Of a stretch of 64,000 bases of DNA, positions 11,367-24,075 are shown one piece after another. Positions within the stretch are counted from its first letter, which is position 1. Every line of letters begins with the position of its first letter. The translations under genes and the position numbers were made by a program. This DNA comes from Antedon mediterranea (Eukaryota > Animalia > Echinodermata), in NCBI RefSeq assembly GCF_964355755.1, contig NC_092670.1, positions 29,252,388-29,316,387 on the forward strand, read 5' to 3'. Under the pieces are notes generated by a model that was given only the letters and a program-made list of their open reading frames with translations, had not been told where the DNA came from and searched no databases.

Positions 11367-13575
11367 GTGAGGGAACTATTGTATAATATGGTACCATACT
11401 TACACATTGTGAGGGAACTATTGTATAATATGGTACCATACTTACACATTGTGAGGGAACTATTGTATAATATGGTACCATACTTTACACATTGTGTGGA
11501 AACTATTGTATAATATGGTACCATACTTACACATTGTGAGGGAACTATTGTATAATATGGTACCATACTTACACATTGTGAGGGAACTATTGTATAATAT
11601 GGTACCATACTTACACATTGTGAGGGAACTATTGTATAATATGGTACCATACTTTACACATTGTGTGGAAACTATTGTATAATATGGTACCATACTTACA
11701 CATTGTGAGGGAACTATTGTATAATATGGTACCATACTTACACATTGTGAGGGAACTATTGTATAATATGGTACCATACTTTACACATTGTGAGGGAACT
11801 ATTGTATAATATGGTACCATACTTTACACATTGTGAGGGAACTATTGTATAATATGGTACCATACTTTACACATTGTGTGGAAACTATTGTATAATATGG
11901 TACCATACTTTACACATTGTGAGGGAACTATTGTATAATATGGTACCATACTTACACATTGTGAGGGAACTATTGTATAATATGGTACCATACTTTACAC
12001 ATTGTGTGGAAACTATTGTATAATATGGTACCATACTTACACATTGTGAGGGAACTATTGTATAATATGGTACCATACTTTACACATTGTGAGGGAACTA
12101 TTGTATAATATGGTACCATACTTTACACATTGTGTGGAAACTATTGTATAATATGGTACCATACTTACACATTGTGAGGGAACTATTGTATAATATGGTA
12201 CCATACTTTACACATTGTGTGGAAACTATTGTATAATATGGTACCATACTTACACATTGTGTGGAAACTATTGTATAATATGGTACCATACTTTACACAT
12301 TGTGTGGAAACTATTGTATAATATGGTACCATACTTACACATTGTGAGGGAACTATTGTATAATATGGTACCATACTTACACATTGTGAGGGAACTATTG
12401 TATAATATGGTACCATACTTTACACATTGTGAGGGAACTATTGTATAATATGGTACCATACTTACACATTGTGAGGGAACTATTGTATAATATGGTACCA
12501 TACTTTACACATTGTGTGGAAACTATTGTATAATATGGTACCATACTTACACATTGTGAGGGAACTATTGTATAATATGGTACCATACTTACACATTGTG
12601 AGGGAACTATTGTATAATATGGTACCTCCATACTTACACATTGTGTGGAAACTATTGTATAATATGGTACCATACTTACACATTGTGAGGGAACTATTGT
12701 ATAATATGGTACCATACTTTACACATTGTGAGGGAACTATTGTATAATATGGTACCATACTTTACACATTGTGTGGAAACTATTGTATAATATGGTACCA
12801 TACTTTACACATTGTGAGGGAACTATTGTATAATATGGTACCATACTTACACATTGTGAGGGAACTATTGTATAATATGGTACCATACTTACACATTGTG
12901 AGGGAACTATTGTATAATATGGTACCATACTTACACATTGTGAGGGAACTATTGTATAATATGGTACCATACTTACACATTGTGAGGGAACTATTGTATA
13001 ATATGGTACCATACTTACACATTGTGTGGAAACTATTGTATAATATGGTACCATACTTTACACATTGTGTGGAAACTATTGTATAATATGGTACCATACT
13101 TACACATTGTGAGGGAACTATTGTATAATATGGTACCATACTTACACATTGTGAGGGAACTATTGTATAATATGGTACCATACTTTACACATTGTGAGGG
13201 AACTATTGTATAATATGGTACCATACTTACACATTGTGAGGGAACTATTGTATAATATGGTACCATACTTTACACATTGTGTGGAAACTATTGTATAATA
13301 TGGTACCATACTTACACATTGTGAGGGAACTATTGTATAATATGGTACCATACTTTACACATTGTGTGGAAACTATTGTATAATATGGTACCATACTTTA
13401 CACATTGTGTGGAAACTATTGTATAATATGGTACCATACTTACACATTGTGAGGGAACTATTGTATAATATGGTACCATACTTACACATTGTGAGGGAAC
13501 TATTGTATAATATGGTACCTCCATACTTACACATTGTGAGGAAACTATTGTATGGTACCATACTTACACATTGTG
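11367..13575. repeat. 42/43-bp minisatellite, about 52 units
   Basis: Unit GTGAGGGAACTATTGTATAATATGGTACCATACTT(T)ACACATT; variants GAGGG/GTGGA; contains palindrome TATGGTACCATA. Confidence 0.98.
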
Positions 13576-13730
13576 GCCAAGCGGTTAAGACAGTGGAACC
13601 ATAATACCTTGCCATATTAACATCGTTCTAGCCACATTTAGTTCCATGGTTCTGGCGGTATAACGAGTCTTCTCAGATACTGTAAGGTCCAGTGTACACA
13701 TCTGGCTCATGTGCACTTTAAAGAACACAT
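13574..13730 (+). mobile_element. tRNA-derived SINE remnant, possibly Meta-domain type
   Basis: A box TGGCCAAGCGGTTAAG followed by AGGTCCAGTGT...GTGCACTTTAAAGAAC, resembling a conserved SINE central domain (recalled). Confidence 0.45.
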
Positions 13731-15228
13731 TAACCCTAGCCACTGGCACGCACAGATACTCATCAAGAGGGGCCCTTGATTGTCAGCATAAGCTGTTTAG
13801 TTTTGTGAAACAGAAAGGGACAATTAAGTATGTATTGTAACTGTGAGAAAAATCAAGTTTCTTTTCTGAGAGAGAAAAAAAAAACATTAAATGGTGCTGT
13901 TTTATTATTATTATTTAAAAAAAAAGCAAATTCTAGATGAACATTACACAGTACTAGTTTTATTTATAACATTGTTCATCAGAAAAACAGAAATCATGCC
14001 CTCATTGGATTATCATGTACTGTATGTTATAGGTCAGCCTCCTGAGGTGTTGTTAGTGTAGCAGGTTTATAGTCGAGAAATTATTGTTTATTATATGAAT
14101 GAACAAATAATTCATTTATAGTATTAAAAGTACTTTAAAAAAGCCTAACTTTGGCCTACAGTAATTTTTCACTAATGACTTTTGTTTGGTACCTTTCATA
14201 TTTTTTTAACGCTGTGAAACAAGTGACTGCCAGTCTGCCAATAATTTACAGTTTATACAATTAAGTATACTATTAAGGTCTACCAAAGTTTTTAGCAAAA
14301 ATGTACTCTTTACTATATAATATATTTAGAAGTCCCTGGTAAAAAAAAAAGATGAGTAGCAAGTTTTCAATCCTTGTCCAATTTCTGAAAGAATATGTTT
14401 TAGATCTATGGTAAAACTTTGGATTGAAATGTTAAACCCAACTAATGAAAACCTATCTGAATCAAGAAGTGGTACTGTAGTAGAAAAATAGGGGAGAACA
14501 TCTTTTATGCATGATTTAAGGCTAGGCCTAGACCCAAAAAGTAGTCAATACCAAAATAGCTGTATAAAACTTGTCTCTTAACAAAAACATGAATAATGAT
14601 CTAGATGCATTAATATCAGAAGGATGTTTTTTACAAGACTGACTTTATACATGATTGACCGAGGAATAAAAAAATGACCATTCTGACTCATACAGTATTA
14701 CAAAAGAAATGATGAATTGTCGGATACATCAATTGTAATCTTATATGTCTCAGGCTAGAGCGTTCCACATCCTCTCCATTCACTGGAACGCATAATCAAT
14801 TCTGTCATACTTTCAAATACATTAGTAGCATCTGTAAATTTACAAATATTTTTTGTTCATTTGCAGTTTTAATGAAAAGAAATATTTTAAATTTAAACAA
14901 TTTTTTTTTAAACAAAAAATAATGTTTACTCAATAAAAAGGAATTTATATCGAAACCATTCGTATAAATTGTGCTATTTTCCACCAAACCCCCAGATCTC
15001 CCCAACCCCTTGCCTTTTAAATTCCCACAGCTAGGCATCTCTTCTGTGCACATTTTGTTGTTACTTTTTATTGGTAGACTTGGCCCAACTCACTAGTTAT
15101 TGTTTCTTATTGTTAATATTTGTTTAACAGTGTTTCGATTTTTGTTGAAGCTCAAGTCAAGAGTCGAGCCACACCACTGTTGGTTTTTGTAATTTATGTT
15201 TGAAAGTATTATATTGTAATAAATTATA

Positions 15229-15362
15229 AATAAATCATTTTGTTTGACAAATCCAAAAGAAATTACTCACATTCTGTGATCAAGCCATCAGCCAAGATGG
15301 CGAAAGCTAAAGAATATGAGTAATTTCTTTTGGATTTGTCAAACAAAATAATTTATTTATTA
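15229..15362. repeat. Long inverted repeat / hairpin MITE
   Basis: ~50-bp arms ATAAATAAATCATTTTGTTTGACAAATCCAAAAGAAATTACTCACATTCT and its near-perfect reverse complement. Confidence 0.8.
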
Positions 15363-18300
15363 TCTACAATCCTACAAAATGCACTTATTCATGTAATAAA
15401 TTATATTTCCTATTTTTTAGATTGAACAATAAATTTATTGTACAAATCATTACTGAAAGTAATATCAACTACCTCTTTTTATCAACTATTTGTATCAAAT
15501 AATATTAAACAGATACTAACATACTATTAGATTATTAACCAGATGGATTGTATTTCACTTATAGGACCTATAGTAATGTTTACAGAGGGTGGTCAGTGTA
15601 AGTACAACAGCTCTTATTCAAATATTGCACTAGCTGTTATGTTAATGTCAAAATAAAATGTATTACAATTCGTTTTTTTATTGTCATTCTTGTGTAAGTC
15701 TTGTCTTCTTTCTATATATTGATTTGCATGATATTTTATTATTTAGCTGGATTGCATGTGTCTGTCTTCTATTGTTTTGTATGCAAATATTCACACTACT
15801 ACAGTACAGTAGTTAAAATATGATCTCAGTGTTTATGTTTGAAATGTCATAGGTAATCATTTGACAAGAGAGGGCATGGTGGTGATATAGTTAGTAATAG
15901 ATTGAGATATTGACCTCTTTTCTATTTGTTATATTCAATGGTAAAATACCTCTGGGATGGTTGTTAAGCTGTTGATCAGGACATTAATAGCACATACTAC
16001 TCTGTTTAAAATTACCATTCTGTCATTATGTTGTTTGTCTCCTGGGTACAATTAGCCAAGATTAACACTAACATAAAGCATGAATTTGGAGTAGCTTGCC
16101 TCTCACATGATGAAATAAATGTCATAGGTCATAATGTCTATAAAAAAAGACAAAATACGGTATATTAAATCTGCTTATCTTTGAGAATAAACTACTGTAC
16201 TTTCATAGTATAGAATGTCTAAGTCATTTTGTTGTAATTATTTTAAAACTATACATTTTGACCAAAATCCATTTTTCAGTTATTTTTATGTTAATGTAGT
16301 GGTAAATTTCGAATGTTTTTTTTGCGCTATTTTTGGAAAATTATTATTATTCCTTTTTATAGTTTCAATAAATTATTATTTCAAATTTTGTAAAATGTAC
16401 TTTCAACAGCAATTTTATTAAATTTCGTCATAGTTGGAGAATTACATGTTTCACAGAATGATTGACAAGATTATAAATGCATAACATTTTATTACAATAT
16501 AATAATTAATCATAATGTTGTAAAAACTAATTAATGTCAAGGTCATAGTAGTATTCTCTGAAAAATGTCATGTGTCAAATTGTAGTGTGTATTTTAATAG
16601 GCTAAAAAAAGAATTTCTGCTAAAAATGGTCAAAAAATGTCGAGTTGTTTCAAGTTTTGATCTTGATTTGACTTGACTTGAAATTTGATTTGCAAAAAAA
16701 GCTTGATCAGTGATATTTTTCACAAATTAAGTAGGCATACTACAATTTACATTATTTGTGAATTTCTCAACAATATAACTGCAAATTTATTATTCTGTTT
16801 AAAAAACTATGTGTGGAATGTTTAATATCCAATTTCAATAATGTCTAGTGTATTATGAATGATGCACATGTATTTAATTAAATATTAAAATCCATAATTT
16901 GTTCTACCTGTCGTATGTTATTTTATACTAAATTTACTGTAGAATTACTATAAATTATTTTGGAGTATGTTAACAGGGGTAATTTTTAGCTGTTCAATCA
17001 TAATCATTCATCATTTCTATGCAGCCTATAACCTCTGTTGAAAATTAATCTTATTGCCAACTTTTTTCCATCCATATATCGACTACCGTAGTTTGTTTTT
17101 CTTCACATTGGTAATTAATTATGATGTTACATTCATTTAAAGTAAAACCTTTAATTTGTACACTTGGCATGTTGCATTTTGCTATAGATGTTTAGCTGTG
17201 TAGTTGTGTATTAGTTTACACATTACAGTACCATATACTACCATTGTACTAACATTTATTTTTTAACAACAATACAACATACATATATACAACGATGAAC
17301 TACGGTATAACACGGTATTACGATTTAATGTACTGTATAACTGCAAGGTTTTTGTAGGGGTTTACCTCGGCCCGTGCAATACGCTAAAAATCAAAGACGT
17401 GTTCAAATTTAGGGTGTTGTATAAACACAGCCTTTGAGTATTTAAAGTTATCAATGGTGAGATTTGTGTTGTGATATAATTACAACCTGTGTCAAGTTGG
17501 TATAACACATTAATTAATTGATTATATAGGAATACAGTATTGATATCCCTCTGTTGTTATCACTACTCATGAGTAAAACAGCTGGTAGGAGACTGTATGT
17601 TTGTACAGGTCATCTATAGTTGTGTAGAGATGATGGAAAGGCATTACATTGACATCTGCTCACAGTGCTCTACCATTTATGGTGTTACCTTTATTCAAGA
17701 CACACCACAGTCATGTTTTAGTTAATGAGACATTATCAGTGAAACTATCCTCTCTACAGTAGGTGGCTTGTAGTTTGTACTTACGTGGGATAGTGCACTC
17801 ATTTGCCTTCTTGGATTATACCTGATTAGGATGAGAGGATAACGAACTGACAGAGTTTTTCTTCTTTCATGTCTTGATTGAATTTTCATTTTCTTGTTTT
17901 TAATTCAACTGTAATATCCACATGATTTGTGTCGCTGACGTAGGAGATGATAAATTCATTTTGTTTATGTAAGAAGTATATGCATTGGTTTATCATATGA
18001 AAAGGCTAAAACATTACAAGTGAAAAATTCCAGTTGAAGCAAATATATTTTGGAGATCAAAGGAGCTTAGATGCAACAGCAGACTTTCAAACATAAAATC
18101 AGTGTGTTTTAATGTTATGATCTTTTGCAAGCAGGATATATCTGTGACTGCAATCTTTCTGTTTTGTGTTGTGGATTATTCGATATTGAGGTAATAAGCT
18201 TGCAGATATTTTCTATGTTTCCAGACAAATTCCATCAATGATACATTTTTGGACATCTGATATTCAAGTGGATCATTATATGAAGTGATCATCACATTTT

Positions 18301-18680
18301 GCATCTATTTCCTAGTATACTTAATCTGCCTATAACATTGTGTGATTGACATTTGTGAACAATTTTTTTTTACTTTCAAATCCATTAAAAAACACCATAA
18401 TTTTTGTAAAATATTTATTTTTGTCACGTTAACAGCCAAGACCCTGAAGGAAATAAATGATTAAGAAATTCACTTTTTGAAAAAATGTGTGCAGGTGCAA
18501 AATTTATAATACTGTAGATTGATTAATGTTTATAGTAAGTAAATCAGTAAAGCAAATCACTGAGAACTTGTTTTACCTGTATGGATAAAAAGGAATTACA
18601 GCATTTTGGCTATACTAAAAATACTGCAGTTTTATTTTCTGCTTTATATGGATTATATTATTACTCTATAATACAATATC

Positions 18681-19113
18681 ATGGAGAAAAAAAATCAGAA
18701 GGTGAGGTCACAAGAAGCAACAGTTATTGAATATAAAAGTTCTAAGACCAATTTTCCTGAATCAAAGACCAGCAAAAGTGATGCCAGTAATGAGACAACA
18801 GTGAAGAAAGCTGAACCAAAAATGTGGTTAAAAAGAAAGGAAGTAGATAAAACACAAAAACCTGCATCAAAAAAAGGAAAACCAAAACAAGCTAAGAATA
18901 TTCAACCTGTGAAAAAATATGTGAGTAAGGAAACCGGTAAACAGGACATGAAGGTTGGAAGTGGATGTGACGAAAATAAAAAGAAAGAGGAGATTGTGAA
19001 GAAAGACGAAGAGAAGAAAGGAAAAGAAACGACCGATGATATAGTTATAGAGAATAAAGCAAGGAAGGAGCCTCTTGTTTATTTAAAACTAAAACACAAA
19101 TCTGAAGATACAG
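18681..19113 (+). CDS. Candidate first coding exon of a host gene, Lys/Glu-rich low-complexity protein
   Basis: ATCATGG start context, 144 open codons in stop-rich AT DNA, purine-rich coding-like composition, donor-like CAG/GTAGGT at 19113. No recognisable domain. Confidence 0.45.
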
Positions 19114-19572
19114 GTAGGTACATACCTGTACTGTATGTATATTAGCTTTTGTTTGTAGGAATGTATTTTTTAGTACAATCTTTAGAGGGCTGGCTTTGTA
19201 ATGTGTTAAGCAACTACAACAATGCAATATATGTAATGTTTATTTGCATGTAAACTAGCTTACCAATACCGCAATTTGTTACCTGTTGCCAACTTTAGTA
19301 CTTGGAATGGATAAATATCATAAACATTGCAAACCATGTCAAAATGTTGTGTGCTAATCGAGTCGAATGCAGTTTTAATGATGCACTCTTGGCGTTCCAT
19401 ATCTGTTCGTTTGTTCGTGTCGACCCATTCATTATCAAATGGCGATATTTCTGTATTTTTTCAATCAATTGCTTGCTTGCGAGTATTATATAAGGTATGG
19501 TTTAAAGATCTTTGGCTATGTTCGGCTTCGGGATGTTATACCACACTTAGGCCTAGGCTAGACAGAAGTGTA

Positions 19573-20388
19573 TATTATACAGATATTGCCTGTTTAGTAG
19601 TGAAATATAAGATTTGACATCCCAAAGGGAATGATATTATGTTCGAGGGAATATATAATTCCCCAAGAACATAATATCCCGAGGGGGTGTTAAATCTTAC
19701 ATTTTACGGATATGTATGTAAACAAGCTGCCTAGACACCTTACCTTGAGAAGAATAATATACAGATAATTACTAATTAATGATTCCTTGGCAATAAAATA
19801 TTCACTAGCCTAGGTCGTTCATGGAGTATGGGTTGTTTAAATAATAACAGAAGAATTTCCATCAATAAGCCTACATTAATCATAATAATATTATCAGGTA
19901 GGCCGAATAAATAATAATAATTTATTTTCTTCGAACCCAATCACCGGATGTTCAGTGCGTCGCGCGTGTACCGGTTACTACTGTGAGTATTAACAAACAC
20001 AAACGGTGTTTCATCACATCTAGGGAGGACTAATAACAAATGAGGGCGCTATGTATGCATAGTTAAAATAGTTTAGTTGATTAATTTCTTCAAGCCAGTT
20101 CCGTGGCGCAGTGCAACGTTTTCTTGTGATGGAGTGACAATTTCATTGCCAGTTCAAGACCCAATAGATGACTTTTGTTTATTTATCGGCAAACGCAAAA
20201 ATTACACAGTCAATATCATCGAGTTGCTGGATTTTATATGTTTAATGACAGGGACACGATAATTACGTGAAAATTAGTTCAAAAAACATTTATTTATTCA
20301 ACAATGGCATAAGATAAAATGACTCAGTCAATATCATCGTACTCGAGGATATATACTATTTACGATCCTCGCAGCGGTATTCATGTGA
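19573..20388 (-). mobile_element. Family B copy 3
   Basis: Reverse complement of 9160-9790 and the hairpin end; lacks the nested MITE. Confidence 0.85.
19813..19837. mobile_element. CATGGAG-type footprint with 7-bp TSD
   Basis: GGTCGTT + CATGGAGTATG + GGTTGTT; paralogous empty site has a single AACGACC at 9680-9686. Confidence 0.75.
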
Positions 20389-23337
20389 TCTGAGAAGAAT
20401 CCTTTAACCACCAGAACTGTGTTTGAGAAAACCATGACCTATGCCGATTTTATGCTATATGGGTTGGTGATATCTATAAATTATTTCGACTTTAAAATAA
20501 AAGAGATGTTTTAATTATTTCTATTTTCGTGGGAAAGTACAGTGGCACCCCTACGTTAGGACACATCTATTAAAGGAGACACACGAACGAACAAGAAATT
20601 GTTTTTAGCACTACAGAAAACTCCTATTCAGGGAATAATAATAATAATAATAATTTAAAAATACTAATAATTTAGTTATTTGTTTTAGGTATTTGTATAG
20701 CGCCAGTATCAAATCAAAGGCATTAGATGTTAAAAAGATGCGTTTTAAGTTGTTTTTTTTAAATAGCAATGGATGGTGAATTAGTAATATGTCAAGGGAG
20801 AGAATTCCATAGAGAAGCAGCAGAGAACAAAAAAGACCTTTGTCCACAGGATTTGGTGTTTATTCTAGGAACAACCAGTAGGTTTTGATCAGCCGAAGGA
20901 AGACAAGCAAGAGGGGTGTAGGAGGGAAGAAGATCAAGAAGATAAGTAGGTTGTTTAAGAAGTAGCACTTTAAATGTTAGTAAAAAGATCTTATATTTTA
21001 TACAGAATTAAATAGGCAGCCAATAGAGGTTATATATAATAGGAGATATGTGTGAGGACCTTCTATTAAGAATGCGTGCAGCAGTGTTCTGGAGACGTTG
21101 AAGTCGATTCATCAAAGATTTTGGTAGGGCAAAGAAAAGTGAGTTGCAATAGTCAAGGCAAGAAGCAACTGATTTATGTAGCGGTAGTATGATTTAACAG
21201 ATACTTTTGAATGCAAGCAATGTTTTACGTAGATGGAAGTTAGCAGTTTTCGTAACATGACATTTTACCAATCTTATCAAAAAAATAGTTCGGTCAAATC
21301 AGGTAAATTATCATGAGTTGGATATGAATTTACAGACGTGGCCTTCAAAATCTTATTAATAACATTAAACAATTTTCCTTAGTTATTGGAGCATTCTTCA
21401 ATGTGTTTCTAAAAATAGTCAGTCTTAACTTTTTAAGTTTCTTGTTAAATACTTTCAAACAATTTAGATATTCACACTTTGTTGTGTTCAAAGTTACAGT
21501 ATACGGTAGTATTCTTGATTACATATGATTTGGGACCACACAATGCTGCTCTGTCATGCTTTGATACAGTAGCTTGCATTGTTGAATGGTTTTGGATATG
21601 TTTCATTCCTTAGGTACAACCAGGTTATGGCCCATTTATTTGTATCAGCCTGTCTAAAGTTTAATACATATTTTAAGACTAGAGGCTTTCTGCACGTTTT
21701 ATACATTCATTTAAGTAAGAAATACAAATTTGTTGAAGTAAATGATAACAATTCCATAAACAATATATTATTATATTATGTAGTCAATTTCAATTAATTT
21801 TGTAAATACCATTTTAATTAATACTACCGATATTAAAACTATAAATCATAGTATTCAAGTTGTATCTACACAATTTGAAGATGTGATGATCTTGAAAATA
21901 AATTAGTCTTTTATCTCCTTTACTTGCATCCTCCTGTTGTATCTTTCATCAACTCATCTTTTATCCCGAAATGGACTAGCTACCACCAAAAAAAAAAAAG
22001 CAAGAGCAGAAGATAAACCAATAAAATATAAGATTTAAAAGGAAAAATGTAGAATTTAGCACAATAAGAATAATAAAATTTACATTACATGGTACAAAAT
22101 GGGTCTGGTGATAGCTGAGATACCTCTTTATGTGTTTTTTTTTTAGTTTCACTAACTATTTAGCAATTCAATTCTTTTAATTAATATTATTTTTTTAGTA
22201 TTTTTGATGACTGTTTATCAATTGTCACTGCATATGAGCTAAATTACAATTTGAATGCGTAATTTGTGATAATTTGCAATTCAAGTGCAAAAGATAGACT
22301 TGTGAGTGTAAATCAATTAACATTGTCAAATTTAATGATTATGAATTCTAATGTATTCAATATTTGGTTGCATTTTTGAATATATTTTTTAATCTTAATA
22401 AATCAAATAAATTCTCTAATCCATGGTTATTATCATATAAATATGGCTGGATTTTTTAGAGGTTTTATGATTTCAACATAACACATGGATAGACAGCAGG
22501 ATGATGATGACTGTGTTATGGCATTTACTGGCATATTGTACCACACTATTCCTCATTTTTTAATTTTAAGATGACCAACCTTTTGTAGTCGTCGTGTATA
22601 AAAGTACAAACAATTGTTGGAGTCTTCTTATTAATACGTCGTACTACTGGGGATTTTTATCTATATTAATAGTTCAGCTTTACAAAAACATATTCTATTA
22701 ATTAACATACAATTTTTTTTTTGTCATACAATTTATAAATTGGAAAATGTATGCCAATTTAGTATAGTTTTTCAATCATTATTAAGCTAGCTTAAATAGT
22801 TTTATGTAATTGTAATACTGGTGTGACAGATGGTAATTAAGCCACATAAAAAAATATTATCCAGATGCAGGCCATTTAAGTCTTTATGTGTTTTTGCAGC
22901 GTTTAATGATGTTGGCAAAATACATTTCTATGCTTCTGAAGATCAAAGGCTGAGTAAGGCTGAAATTTGTGAGTGATGTGGAATTAATTATAAGAAGCGT
23001 GTTCCAAAGCTCTGATTCGAAAGCAAATTGATCATAAAGCTGCTCGACTATAACCGCTTTTTATTTGTAATAATAATGAATAAAAAAGAACATTATAGAG
23101 ATTTATTATAGGAAAGAAACTGAGGCGTTGTTACTTAGTAGGCAATTCTAAAGTCATTATTTATGTTGTGATTTCTACATTTATCAGATTGGAAAGGTTA
23201 ATTAGGGTTAATGTTCTTGCATCATCTGAATTCTTTTTCAGAAACTGTTATCTAATAAATGACAACATTTCTAATTAGAGCTTGTGCAATATTTATTAAC
23301 TATAGCAATCATAAACAATTACAACAATACTTAAAGT

Positions 23338-24075
23338 TATATCAAATCAGACTTGAACATACCAAGAACATGTAAGTAATAGTGGTACAGTATTTATATC
23401 AAATCAGACTTGAACATACCAAGAACATGTAAGTAATAGTGGTACAGTATTTATATCCAATCAGACTTGAACATACCAAGAACATGTATGTAGTGGTACA
23501 GTATTTATATCCAATCAGACTTGAACATATCAAGAACATGTAAGTAGTGGTACAGTATTTATATCCAATCAGACTTGAACATACCAAGAACATGTAAGTA
23601 ATAGTGGTACAGTATTTATATCCAATCAGACTTGAACATACCAAGAACATGTATGTAGTGGTACAGTATTTATATCCAATCAGACTTGAACATATCAAGA
23701 ACATGTAAGTAGTGGTACAGTATTTATATCCAATCAGACTTGAACATACCAAGAACATGTAAGTAGTGGTACAGTATTTATATCCAATCAGACTTGAACA
23801 TACCAAGAACATGTAAGTAGTGGTCAGTATTTATATCCAATCAGACTTTAACATACCAAGAGCTTGTAAGTAGTGGTACAGTATTTATATCCAATCAGAC
23901 TTGAACATACCAAGAACATGTAAGTAGTGGTACAGTATTTATATCCAATCAGACTTGAACATACCAAGAACATGTAAGTAGTGGTTCAGTATCTATATCC
24001 AATCAGACTTGAACATACCATGAAAATATAAATAGTGGCAGTATTTTATGTCCTATCAAACTTGAACATACCAAT
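23338..24075. repeat. 54/57-bp minisatellite, about 13 units, decaying to ~24250
   Basis: Unit ATCCAATCAGACTTGAACATACCAAGAACATGTAAGT(AAT)AGTGGTACAGTATTTAT. Confidence 0.97.

Noticed and set aside
11367-13575. CRISPR array or repeat-protein ORFs (MVPYYTIV..., KYGTILYN...)
   Set aside because: No unique spacers or cas genes; the ORFs are translations of a 42-bp satellite with frequent 1-bp frameshifts.
23399-23812. 137-aa Cys-rich repeat protein
   Set aside because: Translation of the 54-bp minisatellite; no splice or expression cues.
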